A stretch of 60,159 bases of DNA, counting the filler, from Sanchytrium tribonematis (Eukaryota): assembly GCA_018985235.1 (NCBI GenBank). It is 9 parts of 9 records of this genome, joined end to end, with 100 filler letters (N's around TTAATTAATTAA, not from the genome) between each part and the next. Parts side by side here need not be neighbours in the genome. Positions count along the whole stretch, not along the records: positions 40,314 to 46,869 come from JADGIG010000516.1; positions 46,970 to 53,520 come from JADGIG010000517.1; positions 53,621 to 60,159 come from JADGIG010000518.1; 6 more parts are not named here. The stretch is one strand, 5' to 3'. The translations under genes and the position numbers were made by a program. The notes under the pieces are model-generated. The model searched no databases. It saw only the letters and a list, made by a program, of their open reading frames with translations, and was not told the origin of the DNA. This document shows positions 46,771 to 59,593 of the stretch, piece after piece; position 1 is the first letter of the stretch, and each line of letters starts with the position of its first letter.

Positions 46771-47076
46771 TGTGAGTTTGAAAAGAGACGATTTCTTAAA
46801 TAGACTGAAAATCCTTGCTTAAATTAAAAAGCAGTGGCTCGATTGGACTCAAACAAATTATTATCAGGTNNNNNNNNNNNNNNNNNNNNNNNNNNNNNNN
46901 NNNNNNNNNNNNNTTAATTAATTAANNNNNNNNNNNNNNNNNNNNNNNNNNNNNNNNNNNNNNNNNNNNGAGCCAAAGTAAATTGTGCGTTTTAGCTCGT
47001 GTCTAACAATTTGGACACCTTTAAAAATACGATTTGATTTTCATCATTTCAAACATTTAGTGAAACAAATGATGCA

Positions 47077-47166
47077 TCCACGATTTGCCATGAACCGATG
47101 ATCCGTTTTCAGCGATCTAGGTCCACGATTTGCCATGATCTGTCGATCAGTTTCCAGAGATCATGA
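47077..47166. repeat. Two imperfect 45-bp tandem units
   Basis: TCCACGATTTGCCATGA at 47077 and 47122 with similar downstream sequence. Confidence 0.75.
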
Positions 47167-47293
47167 ATATTGCAACTATGTGTAATACACCTTTATTGCT
47201 CAAACATTGATATCTTTGATTTGTTTGACATCCGCACTGCAAAAAAGACTATAAATTGGCACGCTTCATAAGCAACATTTAGTCTTATATTTA

Positions 47294-48840
47294 TTAAAAC
47301 CCGCTGGCATTCGATACCACATTACTTGGTTTTCTCTTCTTTCTCAAATGCAGTCTCCAAATAATGTAAATAGTCATAATTAAGTCAGACACGATTTTAA
47401 TTATGGGTTGTAAAGAGATATTAATCAGCTTTTGAGTACCATATATGATACTCTGAATTGATGAAATTGCCGTCGTCTTCCATATTGAATCCGTGTTTGA
47501 CGATCTATTTTGAAATGTTGATGCGTATTTCTCTGGAAGTGTCGTGACTATGCGTCTAACAGGACCTTGATTAGTTTTAATTACGTGTCGGTGGTATTGT
47601 AAATGCTGGTTCCATTAGTGCTGTGGAATCTGTGGAAGAATCAGAAAGATCTGCAGAGTTTGCTATTATTAAAGAAGAAATCGAGCTGCCTTTATCCACT
47701 GTCGTCAAATGTGAGGTCATTGTTACTTTCGAAGTCTCAATATTGACTTTGGTTGCTGCTAAATAAGCGTGAAATACGTATTACCACTTTATAAGCACAT
47801 CTTGATGCAAATGAATTATTTATGAAAATGGCATTTAAAGGATTATTGAGTAAATTGCACGTTGCTAACATGCTGTCATTCATCATATTCACATCTGTAA
47901 ATAAATTATTGCTAAGGTCTAATAAAGTTGGCTGTTGCAATGTAACAGAACCATTTAATTGATTATTTTTCAAATTACAATTTACACAATTTAAAACAGT
48001 ATTCAATGAGTCACTTAATTGGTTATTGTATAGTTCCAAATTGATCAATGGCATGCTCAATAATGAGTCTGGAATTGATCCAGTTATTTTATTATTATAC
48101 AAATATATATATTTTAATTTGGAAGGCCAAGAGTTGGGCAATGGACCAGGAATCAGGTTGTACGACAGGTATAAAGTGACCAGGTTTGCAGGTAATTTGT
48201 TGATCACCTTGTCAAAATGATTACTTACTCCATAAATATAATCTATAGTGTCAGGTAATAAATCGAAATTTCCTGTGAAACTATTGTGGGAGCAATCAAG
48301 TGTTTTCAGCTGACTCGGTATGTTGATCAAATTACCAGTAAATTGATTTCCTTCCAAGCGAATAATGACTAAGTTCACTGGTAAAACTGGAATGGTTCCA
48401 TTTAATTTGTTATTACGAATTTCCAATTCATAAAGTTGGTCAGGTAATTGTGGAATAGCCCCATAAAATGCAGAGCCATAAATATCAATATACGTTATTG
48501 AATTAGGTAGCCCATTAGGGAGTCTAGATTTCAACTTAACATTCATATCCAACTCAATTATTTTTAGACTTAAAGGAAGTAATTGAGGCTGTACGGTTCC
48601 ATTTAAATTCATGTATCCTGCCCTGATAGCTGTTACATTATTTAAGCTGCATTTGATGTACAAATTACCAGAGATACTATTATATCCACAGCAATCTGCT
48701 GGAATTTGTTGAAATTCAATTGGGTCTGTAAGATGCATATTTAATCCTTTAAAAAAGTTCAATACCATCGGACAGTCTGGGGAAATAGAATAGATACGTA
48801 ATAGCATAAATATGACGATTATTTGGTTCAAACGTGACAT
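47294..48840 (-). CDS. Receptor-like LRR membrane protein; introns 47759-47777 and 47566-47584
   Basis: Signal peptide, Cys cap, LRRs; removing two 19-nt introns gives an open S/T stalk, TM helix and RKKRK tail ending ASGF*. Confidence 0.85.
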
Positions 48841-48894
48841 TTTAAACTTTTAAACTTGAAACTTTTGACCTATGGAGGTACCAATCAACTACAA

Positions 48895-51572
48895 TCAAAT
48901 CCCAGAATATTTATTGGAAGTGTCTCGCGATGGATTGCTTTCTGGATAAGGATTAATAGTCTTTAATTTCCGTGTTCTTCCACTAAAAAATCCAAATAAA
49001 ATGTTATTTAAAACAAGAATATCCAAGAATATCCGTCCAACCATGGTCCATGTAATTTGTATACTATACAATTTGGATTCAAATTTTACCATTTTTACAA
49101 ATAGTTGAGCTGTTGACTGAGTTGTCAAATTGAAAGAAGATTCATAAACTGAGATTTGAGTTATTTGGGTAGCACTTGCTTTAAATATATTGCGAGTATT
49201 GACTAAATAAATATAAAAGTACTAGATTGTTGCCACAAGGTGGATTCAATTGAACTTGTTTCAACATTTTGCAATAAAAGTGATTTTGCGGTCAAATAAA
49301 ATTGATAACACATGGAATAATTACTCAATAATGTGCTATTTGACAGTGGATTAAATGATAAATCACATTTTGTGAGTGACGAAGTGTCATTAATTTGAAC
49401 TTGAGAAATATTCGTGCTTCCCAAAAAGATGGTAGATGGTCTCCACAAGTTAAGCGAACCACTAAATGTATTACCTTCATTAATTTTATCACCAAGCACG
49501 ACAACTTGGAGAGAAGCTGGAAATACCGGCAATGGACCACTAAATTGATTTCCATTTAAATATAATTCTTGTAAATTGGGTGGAAGGGGTGGAATTACAC
49601 CAGATAACCCACAATAAGTCGCTTCAAGTACCTGCAAAGTACTTGGAAGTAATGGAAGTGCACCTTGTAGTGTCAAATTTCTCAATCGTAATGTTTCTAA
49701 ACCCTCTGCAAATTGTGGCAAATACCCACCAATATTGGAATTTGTGATTTCTAAGTCAACAATATGACTAGGTATATATTTTGGAAGCAATGCAGTCTGA
49801 TTAAACTCGTTGGAAATCATTAATTGAGATAAAGAAGGTGGCAAATCATCTGCAGAAAATGCATACCCATTAAATGTTTTGGCACCTTTAAAATTGATTG
49901 AGTAAATATCCAGTTCGATGATATTTTGTCTGTAGCAATATACAGATCTCAAGGTTGGTTTGCAACAATTTGATTCCCCATCTGAATTTATTATTTCCAT
50001 TTTATGCACCATTTGTAGAAAGTATGAGCATGAATTTATATATGGTTGCTTCGTATACCGCTGCAATTCATAATTACAATTTTGAAAATTTGATAATGCA
50101 GTCAGATTGAGATTGTTCATGGTCACATCGCAAAACGTATTTGTAAATATTGAATTTGTGACAATAAAATCAATAAAATTGTATTGCACTCTGAAGGTGT
50201 AACTTGATTGAGACGTATAACTACTCAAGTCAATAAGGCCTTCAATTTGATTATTTGAAATATCAATATTTTCTAATATAGTTTTACTCCAATTATTTTC
50301 AATAGTTTCAAAGTAATTTCCATGCAAATCCAGATTAGTTATAGATTTTAAGTTTGGAATGGTACCATTTAACTCATTATTAGCAGCTGAAAAAGCCTGT
50401 ATGCTATTTGGAAGCATATTCATAATTGAACCGCTGAATTTGTTCAAGCTTAAATCGAGGAATCTTAAATCAGTTAAGTTAGTGAAATCCGGGAATGATC
50501 CTTGCAATTTATTTCCAATTATAGTAAAACTTTGCAATGTATTTGGCAATAATGATGCATTTAAAGTCCCATTTAAATATGAATAGGAGAAATCGATTAG
50601 GACAATTCGATTCCCGTTGCATTTAATTGGATGGATTTTATCTTCGCAACAATTAGACAGTGAGAATAAGTAATTGTAATAATCTGGATTTGTAAGATGC
50701 ATGTTTAACTGCTTTGCGAATAAATTTAAATTATCACAATCTTGAGATCTTGTATTTTTAAATTTGTAGACACATGCAGTCATTTTACTCAGCACATTAT
50801 TATTCGAAATGTCAAAATAGTTTTCTGCTAAATCACAAGTTTGTATTCTTTCCGGATAATCTATAAATAAATTATCAAAGGAATTTCTATTTAATGACAA
50901 ACTCGTAATATTTGGAGATGAAATAGTCAAATTTCCTATGAGATTATTTTGGTTGAATGACAAAGTTCTAATGCTCTTGAAATCACCGAATGGCAATTCT
51001 AAAATCTCAATGGTGTCTGGAATATTGGGAAATGTACTAGTTGATAAAACAATAGCAGCATATAGTTCTTTCAAATGACTAGTATCTTTTGGTAAGTACC
51101 GATAATCATACAAATCTCCGAGATTGATGTACTCTAAAGAATTTGGAAATTGGGGCAAATTCCAATTCGGATTAGTTGTGCGGACACATAAACTGATATA
51201 TATCAGATTAGGAAGAGTATAGAGTCGCAAAATAATATATCTGGCATCAGTCATATCCAATATCTTGAGAGAATCTGGTAAACTTTCAATGACCATTGAT
51301 TTGACACTATTTGCAAGGTTTAACACGCGTAGATTAGATGGGAATTGCATTGTAGGATATCTAGCACTCACGTAATTACTAGTAAACCCCCAATGTAGTT
51401 CTACAACCCGCTCATTTTCACAAATGACTCCAACTCCCAAACAACAATCTTTTTCATATTGCGGGAAATACTCTGTATTTGTGTACTTTATATCCATATC
51501 CAATGCCAATTGAACCACTATTGGACAATCTATTGAAATAGAAATCAAAATTGTCAAAAATAGCGCGTACAT
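48895..51572 (-). CDS. Receptor-like LRR membrane protein with three cap+LRR modules; 20-nt intron 49203-49222
   Basis: Three C...CC...C caps; splicing joins in frame to ORF 48895-49128, which has a TM helix and basic tail. Confidence 0.85.
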
Positions 51573-51660
51573 TTCAAATGGGTAATTTGTAAAGTAGCGT
51601 GAAAATTTACCATATTTTTGAGATTTATAAATGATTTATTAAATACTTGACTGTTTACGA

Positions 51661-53041
51661 CTAAAATAAATAAGTTCTTATAGAACTACCACTACTGTAT
51701 TCTACTTTTCTAGTTTTATGTCGATTTTTAATGGATTCCCGACATTTTATCAACAAGGATATTAATAAAAGGAAATCAAAAATACATCTTAATATTGAGA
51801 ATGTTGTGATATGAATAATTACCGAAGTGCGACTGGCTACTTTTTGAACAAATCGAATGGATGTTGAATTTTGCAATGTCTCATCCGTGTTTGATGCAAA
51901 TTCAGAGCTATTTGTCGTGATTCTCATATCCCCTGTGTACGTAGTCGTTTGCTTCTTATTTGGTCCTACATAAATTAAAATTACGGGCTGTAGTGTAAGT
52001 ACACATCCAAGCAAATGCAGAATTTGCAAATGCCAACTCTAACGGATTATTATCCAATGCACAATTAAATAAAGATGTGGCATTCCTTATTATCACATTT
52101 GTAAATTGATTATTCATAATCTCTATATCACCTGGTTGTTGGAAGGTAACTACGCCATTGAATTGATTATCATTCAATATGCACAAATCGCATTTTAAAG
52201 TAAAATCAATACTCCCACTTAATTGATTAAGTGACAGGGCTAAAAATTCGACATTAGTATTCCCAAATGAACTTGGAAGAGTGCCATTTATTCGATTTGA
52301 ATAAATACTAAAATCTCTCAATTTTGCCGGCCATGTATTTGGTAACGGACCAGGGATCTTATTTTCACTCAAATACACATTTACCAGATTACTCGGGAGT
52401 CTCGTAATTGGCTGGTCAATTTGATTTCCAATAGCATGAAAATTAGTAATTGAATCCGGTAAAAAGTTTATACTGCCAGAAAACATATTATAATTCATTT
52501 GCAACCAAGTCAATCTTGTTGGTATATTTAACAAATTACCAGTAAATTGATTATAATTCATTTTGATGGAAGATAAATTCACTGGTAAAATGGGAAGGGT
52601 TTCATTAAAATTGTTGAATTCAATGTCCAAAAATGTCAGATTTTTTGGTAATTTCGGTAGATTTCCAGACAATTTAGATCCATATGTGTTGAGAATTGTG
52701 ATAGAATCTGGTAAATTATTGGGAAGTGAACCCGTCAAGTATGGATTATTACTGAGTATGAGTTGCTTCAAGCTAGGTGGAATAAATTGTGGTAAAATCG
52801 CCCCATCTACATTTAAATTAGATGCTTCTATAATTGTTATATTATTTGAATTACAAACAAGTTTTATATTTCCAGTATTGCTAGTGAAATCACAGCAATT
52901 TAAAGTAATTTGTGAAAATTCATCTGAATCTGTATTATGCATATTCAAACCTTTGAAAAATGATAAAATTGATACACAATCTTCATAAATAGCATTGACG
53001 CGTGTTGAAATGATTACTATTAAAACATAATGAAGTTTCAT
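51661..53041 (-). CDS. Receptor-like LRR membrane protein; 19-nt intron 51966-51984
   Basis: Paralogue of the 47294-48840 gene; splicing joins in frame to the TM-encoding ORF 51661-52029. Confidence 0.87.
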
Positions 53042-53925
53042 TTTAGATTTCCTACTGAAACAATTGGCCTATAATTTTCAGGGTTACAATCAACAGCAAT
53101 ATTCTTTTTTTAGAAAAAAATTATACTACAGGCGTCTAAACAAAATATTGAAGGCATCTGAGACATGATTTAGCACTTAACCCTTTGAGGAAATCTACTG
53201 TCCAAATTTGGTGACATCCGTGCAAATTTCAGCTTCTATCCAAATTTGGCTACTTGCTTAAAAATAAATTTTTTGACTTGTTGATTGGCCCGTAATCCCA
53301 CTGATTCGAGTCTTTCGAGACATCTCAATACCCTTTACAATCATTTGAATAATTCCATAAAAGAAAATGTAATCCGCCCTCCTTCAACTGTTGTTATTGA
53401 CTAATCAATAGCACAATATAAAGGAAGGCACAGCAAAAGAGTGTGGTATTTTATTGTTTAATTGTTTTAATTTATTTAAATTAAAGAAACAATTGGTGGA
53501 CTAGTTAATAAATAATTCATNNNNNNNNNNNNNNNNNNNNNNNNNNNNNNNNNNNNNNNNNNNNTTAATTAATTAANNNNNNNNNNNNNNNNNNNNNNNN
53601 NNNNNNNNNNNNNNNNNNNNTTATGAGGCCCTCGCGCTTATATACCCTTTTTTAGAGCGCATGCTTTGTTTAGTTAAGCATGCGCCATCATCTGATTGGG
53701 ATCCAAGCCTTATTAGAAGACTTGGATCTTGTTTTGAATTGGCTAAATCAATTAGATCATTTTGATCTAAATAACATCCAATCACGCTTTGATTTAAGGT
53801 GTTGGATGCGACATCGTTTATTATACAACTAGAATTGCATCCATCGTACTTCATTATATATTACGCATTCAGTTAACAAATTGAAATTCAATTCGCACAT
53901 TTCACATTAAATATCACCAAATTTA

Positions 53926-54240
53926 TTAAAAATGCCCACCATATGCTTTAATACATGCTTTTGCACGTCCAGGCATTGACTCATACAACTTTTTAAACAA
54001 TTCCAAATCATTTTTTAAAATTTCCATGCATCGATTAATTTCCTCACAAATCTGTTCTTCATTGTCGTACTTTTTACCCTTAGCATACACCATTGACTTT
54101 AAAACACTCCACATATTCTCTATAATGTTGAGGTCTGGACTATATGGTGGCCAAACAAGCGTTTTTATTCCAAGTGATGCCATAGATTCCAGACACTCAT
54201 CTGTACAGTGTTGTTTGGCGTTGTCATCCATATAAGTAGC
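53926..54240 (-). pseudogene. Tc1/mariner DDE transposase, C-terminal fragment
   Basis: MDDNAKQH...WPPYSPDLNIIENMW...SMPGR..ACI...GGH. Confidence 0.9.
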
Positions 54241-55194
54241 CTAAATAAATTACCGTTACTCTCAAATCGGGGTGGATGAAACTTTTGTGCAAAAATTTAT
54301 TGAACAACCCTTTATTTGGGTTTTGTGTATCCCATTTTACATTTATTTCAATTTGATTAGCCATTTTAAATAATTTCTTGGTTTCCAGATTCATTGGAAT
54401 TTCTGGAAGATCTAATTCAATTAATTGATAATTTAAGCTGATTAATTTTATATTTTTTTAATTTTGCATTGTCATGTAGTTGTAAATGGTCTGGGAATAG
54501 TTGTATTTGCTGAAATTCTGTGATGAATAGTATAATTTATTCATTTTTGATGGCTAATTTGTCAACACAAGGCCCACCAACTATTATCCAGCTCAAGCTA
54601 GAATTATAATGGTTGTTAGGGATTTTAATAAAATAAATATCTGCCCCATGTCTAAGGTGGGGGATTTTAAAAAATATTTATATTTTAAAAAAATATATTT
54701 ATATTTGTAAAATATAAAAATATCACTCCAAATATAATTTTCAAACAGGGATTACTACTATTAAAGCAAATATTTATTAACTCTAATTGCCAGTTCAGGA
54801 GAGTAGATTCCTAAAGATTCTCTGATCTTTTTGCTTTTTCATTTTTTTCATCTCCTTGGTATTGTATAACTTTTGGCTACTGAAGAGAGAATTTCTAAGA
54901 GGGTATTAGTAAATTGAATAATTGGTTGAAATTTTTAAGTCTCTAGACACTAGGTTACTCAATAAATTGGAGTTTAAATGGGTTTTACCTGGCAATAATT
55001 GGCTCTTGTATCTCCAATTCCCAATTAACTAGTTATAAATGACAATGATGGGGTTAAATAGGACAAATTGATGCTCTGAATATTGACAATCTATTTGGAA
55101 AAAGATAAAATTGACTAAAAATAGACATCATTTTATTGGTCAATTTTCGATCGCGTCATCTCTAAAATATTTTTAATATTTATTTTAAATATCT

Positions 55195-55470
55195 TTAATC
55201 CCCCACTGATACCCTGTAGATTTCTTCTTCACTCAATCCCAGGTAATTGCTGGTGCATTCTATTTCAATATGCTCAAGTGAATCATATGGCTGGTGGCAC
55301 ATTTTGCAACCACCACCTATAAAAGGCATATCTCCCATAATAAATTTGATTGCCAATCTCAACACATGATGTGAATAGCAATAATGATACTTATGACGCT
55401 TTAAAATCTCCATTACTGCGGAATTCAATGGTAATTTTTGAGCCCTTTTTGCATTGTTTTTTATCCACAT
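55195..55470 (-). pseudogene. Non-LTR retrotransposon C-terminal zinc-knuckle remnant
   Basis: CKMCHQPYDSLEHIEIEC, a zf-RVT-like CCHC; flanks degenerate. Confidence 0.55.
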
Positions 55471-56573
55471 TTCATTCAGACTTCTTTACACCTCTTTTCG
55501 TAGCTGCTCTTTACTCTCAAACATTAGTGGGTCCATCTGTTCTATTGTTTCAGCAAAAGACGTGTTATTTCTAAAAATTTTAAAGTATTCTGTAGGGGTA
55601 TTTTAAATCATTTTTTTTGTTGCTCTATTAGTGAATCGATCTGTTTCTCGTTCGATATTCTAGATTTATGATATAGTTCTGTCGCTGTGTGGAATCTACA
55701 CAGGTATTCATGAGTTAATCTTGTATGGGAAAATAGATTATTTATTGCTGTTTTGCGAAAGTGACAATCCATAAGATAGAATTAATTCTATTACTTCATT
55801 GGTAAATAATAATTTACCATTTTTTTTAATCAACGAAGACAGAAAAATTTCGGTTGAGGATGCCCGACTAGCGGTGGTATTCCTACGGTATATAATAAAT
55901 AGATTGCCAATCTACATTCTTAAAGAAGTAAAATCGACAATGAAAAAATTTCAAAGTACTCAACATAAAATTATTCAAGTGCTCACCAGGAGTCGTAGAC
56001 AAGACATTATCCATGCACTGTTTGGCAGACTGATGTGTATTCAGCTCGTACGTATGTGCTAGGGTGTCAAGGATAAGAATACACGAGAAAATCCTCCTAG
56101 TTTGTAAAGATATACGCAGATACATGGTATAGATTGAACAGCTGTAACAAGGTCTATTGCATTTAAATAAATAATACTCTTTCAGTTCAAATTTGGGTTT
56201 GGGTTTGTCGAAAATAGATTTTTTCACGGTACAAACAGGAGCTCGTACAAATGGCGTCATTTCAATCACGCTGATTTTTGGGAAATTCGGAATTAACAGA
56301 AAGAATTCAATCACAAACACTACTACTTTCAATAAAATATAGGCACTTTGGCCTCCACAGAGCTGGGGTATTCATTTTAAGCTACAAACTACAAAACATT
56401 CTCCATGAAAAACACGACCCAATTGCCCAATACTTGTAATTTTGAGCACGTGAATAAATATTTGCCACTTAAATTGTTGCCTTCCCTTTTTGAAAGAAAT
56501 GTCAGAATACTCCATCAAATGAAGATGCATTACAGCTGGCATTTCAAGAACAGACTATAGATGACATGTTTAC

Positions 56574-57900
56574 ATGATAAATTTCATGTATAAAGAACAT
56601 AATATAGTACCTAGACATGTGAAGCAGTTGAATGAAAATGCCATTCACTCTACATGCAATTCCGGAGCACAAAATATATTACCAAACGGAAAAAAGCAAT
56701 ATATTCCGTGTAAATTTCGAATCAGATGTAAGGTTTTAAACCAAAAAGCCATTTTATCTCACCATTATTTATTAAAATATCAATCTCCCCATAACCATGA
56801 AATACCAGGAATATTGTCCTTCAAATATAGAAATAATTTGGCCAATAAATATCCCCATGTGATCGAGTATATTTTCAATTCAAAAAAGACAAATACGTCA
56901 CCCAAAGCAATCTATCAATTTATTCAAATGTCCTACAATATCCATGTATCAATAAATATTATTAATAATTTAAAAATTGACTATTTTGATTTCATGGGTA
57001 TATTAGATCAACATTCAGATGATATTATCTATCACGTGGAGTATACTACATTAAATATAAGCCAAAAATCTATTAAAAATCTTAAATACATATTTATTTT
57101 CTTTCAAAATGCATTTAAAGTGATAAATATTCCATCACCTATCATCTTTGATAGTACTTTCAATATCTGCAATGTAACTGGTCTACGGCTAGTTTATTTT
57201 TGTGCTAGAGACATTCATGGCAAGACAATAAATGTGGCTGCTGTCTACTTATACGAAGAGACAAATTTAGTATTTCATGAAATATTGAATTTATTGAAAA
57301 AGTACTACATTAAACCCATTGGAATGTTTATGACCGACTGAGATGCAACGTATTTATCTTCTCTCAAAGTAATATTTCCAGATATTCCTGCTCTTTGGTG
57401 CATTTGGCATATTGACTTGAATATTCGAAATTGGCCTAATTTATCAATCAATGATCGTAATACTATTGCTGACTTTATTCAGGATATTGCATTTATAAAG
57501 AGAAAGGAGGTAATTTACGTTTATTTAGAATGCAAAAAAGAAAATTGATGAATTATTAAAATTTATTAATGACAATCATTTAGATACTCTAGGTCCTTTG
57601 CAGACACTTTTAAATAATCGTGGTAAGTGGATAATGTCCTATTATGGACATTCAACAATCACCATGCTTATCACATCGTCTCAAAGGTCAGAATCTCAAC
57701 ATTGACTGTTAGAAAGAAATATTAACAAGAAGAACAGCCTCAAGTCATCTTTTTTACATGTTGTCAATCTACATAAGCCTCAACTACACATTAACAATCA
57801 ACAAACATCCAATCAATCATTGATACATTATCTGAATATGTACATTTGCGGTATAAAAACGAATATGATCAATATGAGAAGTGTAAAGAATTTGGAATAG
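56574..57900 (+). pseudogene. Mutator-like (MULE) transposase pseudogene; intron 57510-57528; in-frame TGA at 57339 and 57703
   Basis: C-x-F...HNH domain, FDSTFN, MTD*DA, WCIWHI; after splicing KW...TSSQRSESQH. Confidence 0.85.
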
Positions 57901-58200
57901 ACTATTCTAACGTATCATTTTCACGTGAAAGTGAATTATTCAAATTTCATCTGTATATTATTGAAAACCCACATTCGGGAATATCAAAATTATTGAAATG
58001 GGATTTTAGACCCAATGATCGTAATACTTGCCGTATTTGTCGTCGATTTTATCCATATTGCAATGTTTTCAAAACAATAGGGGATCTTTCGACTACTTGC
58101 CATCAATCACCAATCGACAAATGCAGCCACCAGCTTTAAATAATGAAAATGATCACGATTATTCAATACAATTCATTGTAACTACAATGGATACACATTA

Positions 58201-58600
58201 ATGACGGATGCCAGTTTAAATGACAATTAAATGGAATCACTTTCTCTCCACCAAACTCAATCAATATAATTAATGAATATCAATTTAAATTGCAAAATAC
58301 ATCCAATTACATCATTCCTTCATCCACTGAATTAGAATGTATTGGAATCGATAAATGTTTGGAATTGGCCAATTATTTGCATTTATCAAATTTTCGGATT
58401 TATTGTGATAATCAAGCATCCGTAAAGGCTGCTAATTATTTATTAAAAGGTAATGATCCATCTAAACATGCTTTATAAAAGCATATCCACATATCAATCA
58501 ATTTATCTCTCAAAATACACTACAAATTATATGGTGTAAAGGGCATAATGGCAATTATTTAAATGATAGAGCAGATTGGTTAAGCAAAAATGCACACAAT
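58201..58600 (+). pseudogene. RNase HI remnant, probably from a retroelement
   Basis: MTDAS, TELECIG, IYCDNQA and WCKGHNGNYLNDRADWLSK spread across frameshifts and stops. Confidence 0.75.
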
Positions 58601-59317
58601 GCATTTGTTATGCTATTTGATTCAGTATCATCAATGAAAAAAAGTTGCAGAATGATTTATTTTTATTCCAAAATAGTCTGAATTTGGACAGATTAAATAC
58701 CAGACATAAATTAGTATTAAATTCAAGGGTAAGAGAATTTATGAGAATTATGAGACTTCATTAATTCTAATCAGGTGTTTCCTAAATGTTATTGACATTT
58801 AATACCCCTTTAATAAATTCTTCTTCTTCTTCTTCTCTGTCGGAAATTGATGAAATTTCTTGCTCAAAAATGCCAATTTTGACTTTTTGTGTGCAATTTC
58901 TTTATCATAATCTATTCCGGCATATTTTGAACATTGGTTTTGTTTCAAAATTTTATGTTTTATTGTGATGTTTACAGGGTCAGTGGCGCAGATCTGATAT
59001 TTGTCAGGGTTCGCTTTAAATGGATACTTAATAAAATAGAATTCAGATCTTCAAGGACTCTCTTAAAAAAAATAAAGTGACCACAATAAATCTTTCTGTT
59101 TTGGAATTGAGTGGACAACGGGGAATTCGGGAGAAATCAAAAAAAAAGTTGTACATTGAAATAATTTATTAATAGACATAGTAACGGTTTTTATGCCCGC
59201 CACTTACTTCATTTACTTTTAATAGTCTAACAGGCACACTCAAAATAGTTTTCTTCACCATTTCTGTATTAATCATCTCAAATTCTTCTTTAATCGCTCT
59301 TTAAATTAAAAAACTGT

Positions 59318-59452
59318 AGTATACCGGTTAACGGTATGTTTGAATAAAAACTGTAGCCGAATAGAACGGTAGCTGATATTTATTTTGAATAAATAAAACG
59401 GCAGGTTATCAATACGGTAGCTTAATATAACGGTAGCCTTATAAAACGGTAT
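59318..59452. repeat. Cluster of (A)ACGGTA-like motifs, possible transposon subterminal repeats
   Basis: About six ACGG(T/C)A copies within 135 bp of AT-rich DNA. Confidence 0.5.
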
Positions 59453-59593
59453 CCAAATAATAGAGTGTTTGCGATTGACGTTTACAAATAAATTTTCAAA
59501 TTGTTTGGAAATAACCCTTTGTATCTCCTTTGAATTTTTGGAAAAACACGTGAAAATATCCCCGTTTTGAAAATCCAATTTGCAAATTTTAAA

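Noticed and set aside
47077..47166. CRISPR array
   Set aside because: Only two units, the intervening sequences resemble each other, eukaryotic context and no cas genes
1329..52988. Short antisense or nested ORFs in the track (e.g. 4854-5228, 20564-21127, 29186-29587, 52563-52988)
   Set aside because: Shadows of real genes on the opposite strand or in another frame, with no motifs
6664..53620. Regularly spaced TTAATTAATTAA palindromes as a biological repeat
   Set aside because: Always centred in identical N-runs; an artificial concatenation linker, so adjacency across spacers means nothing
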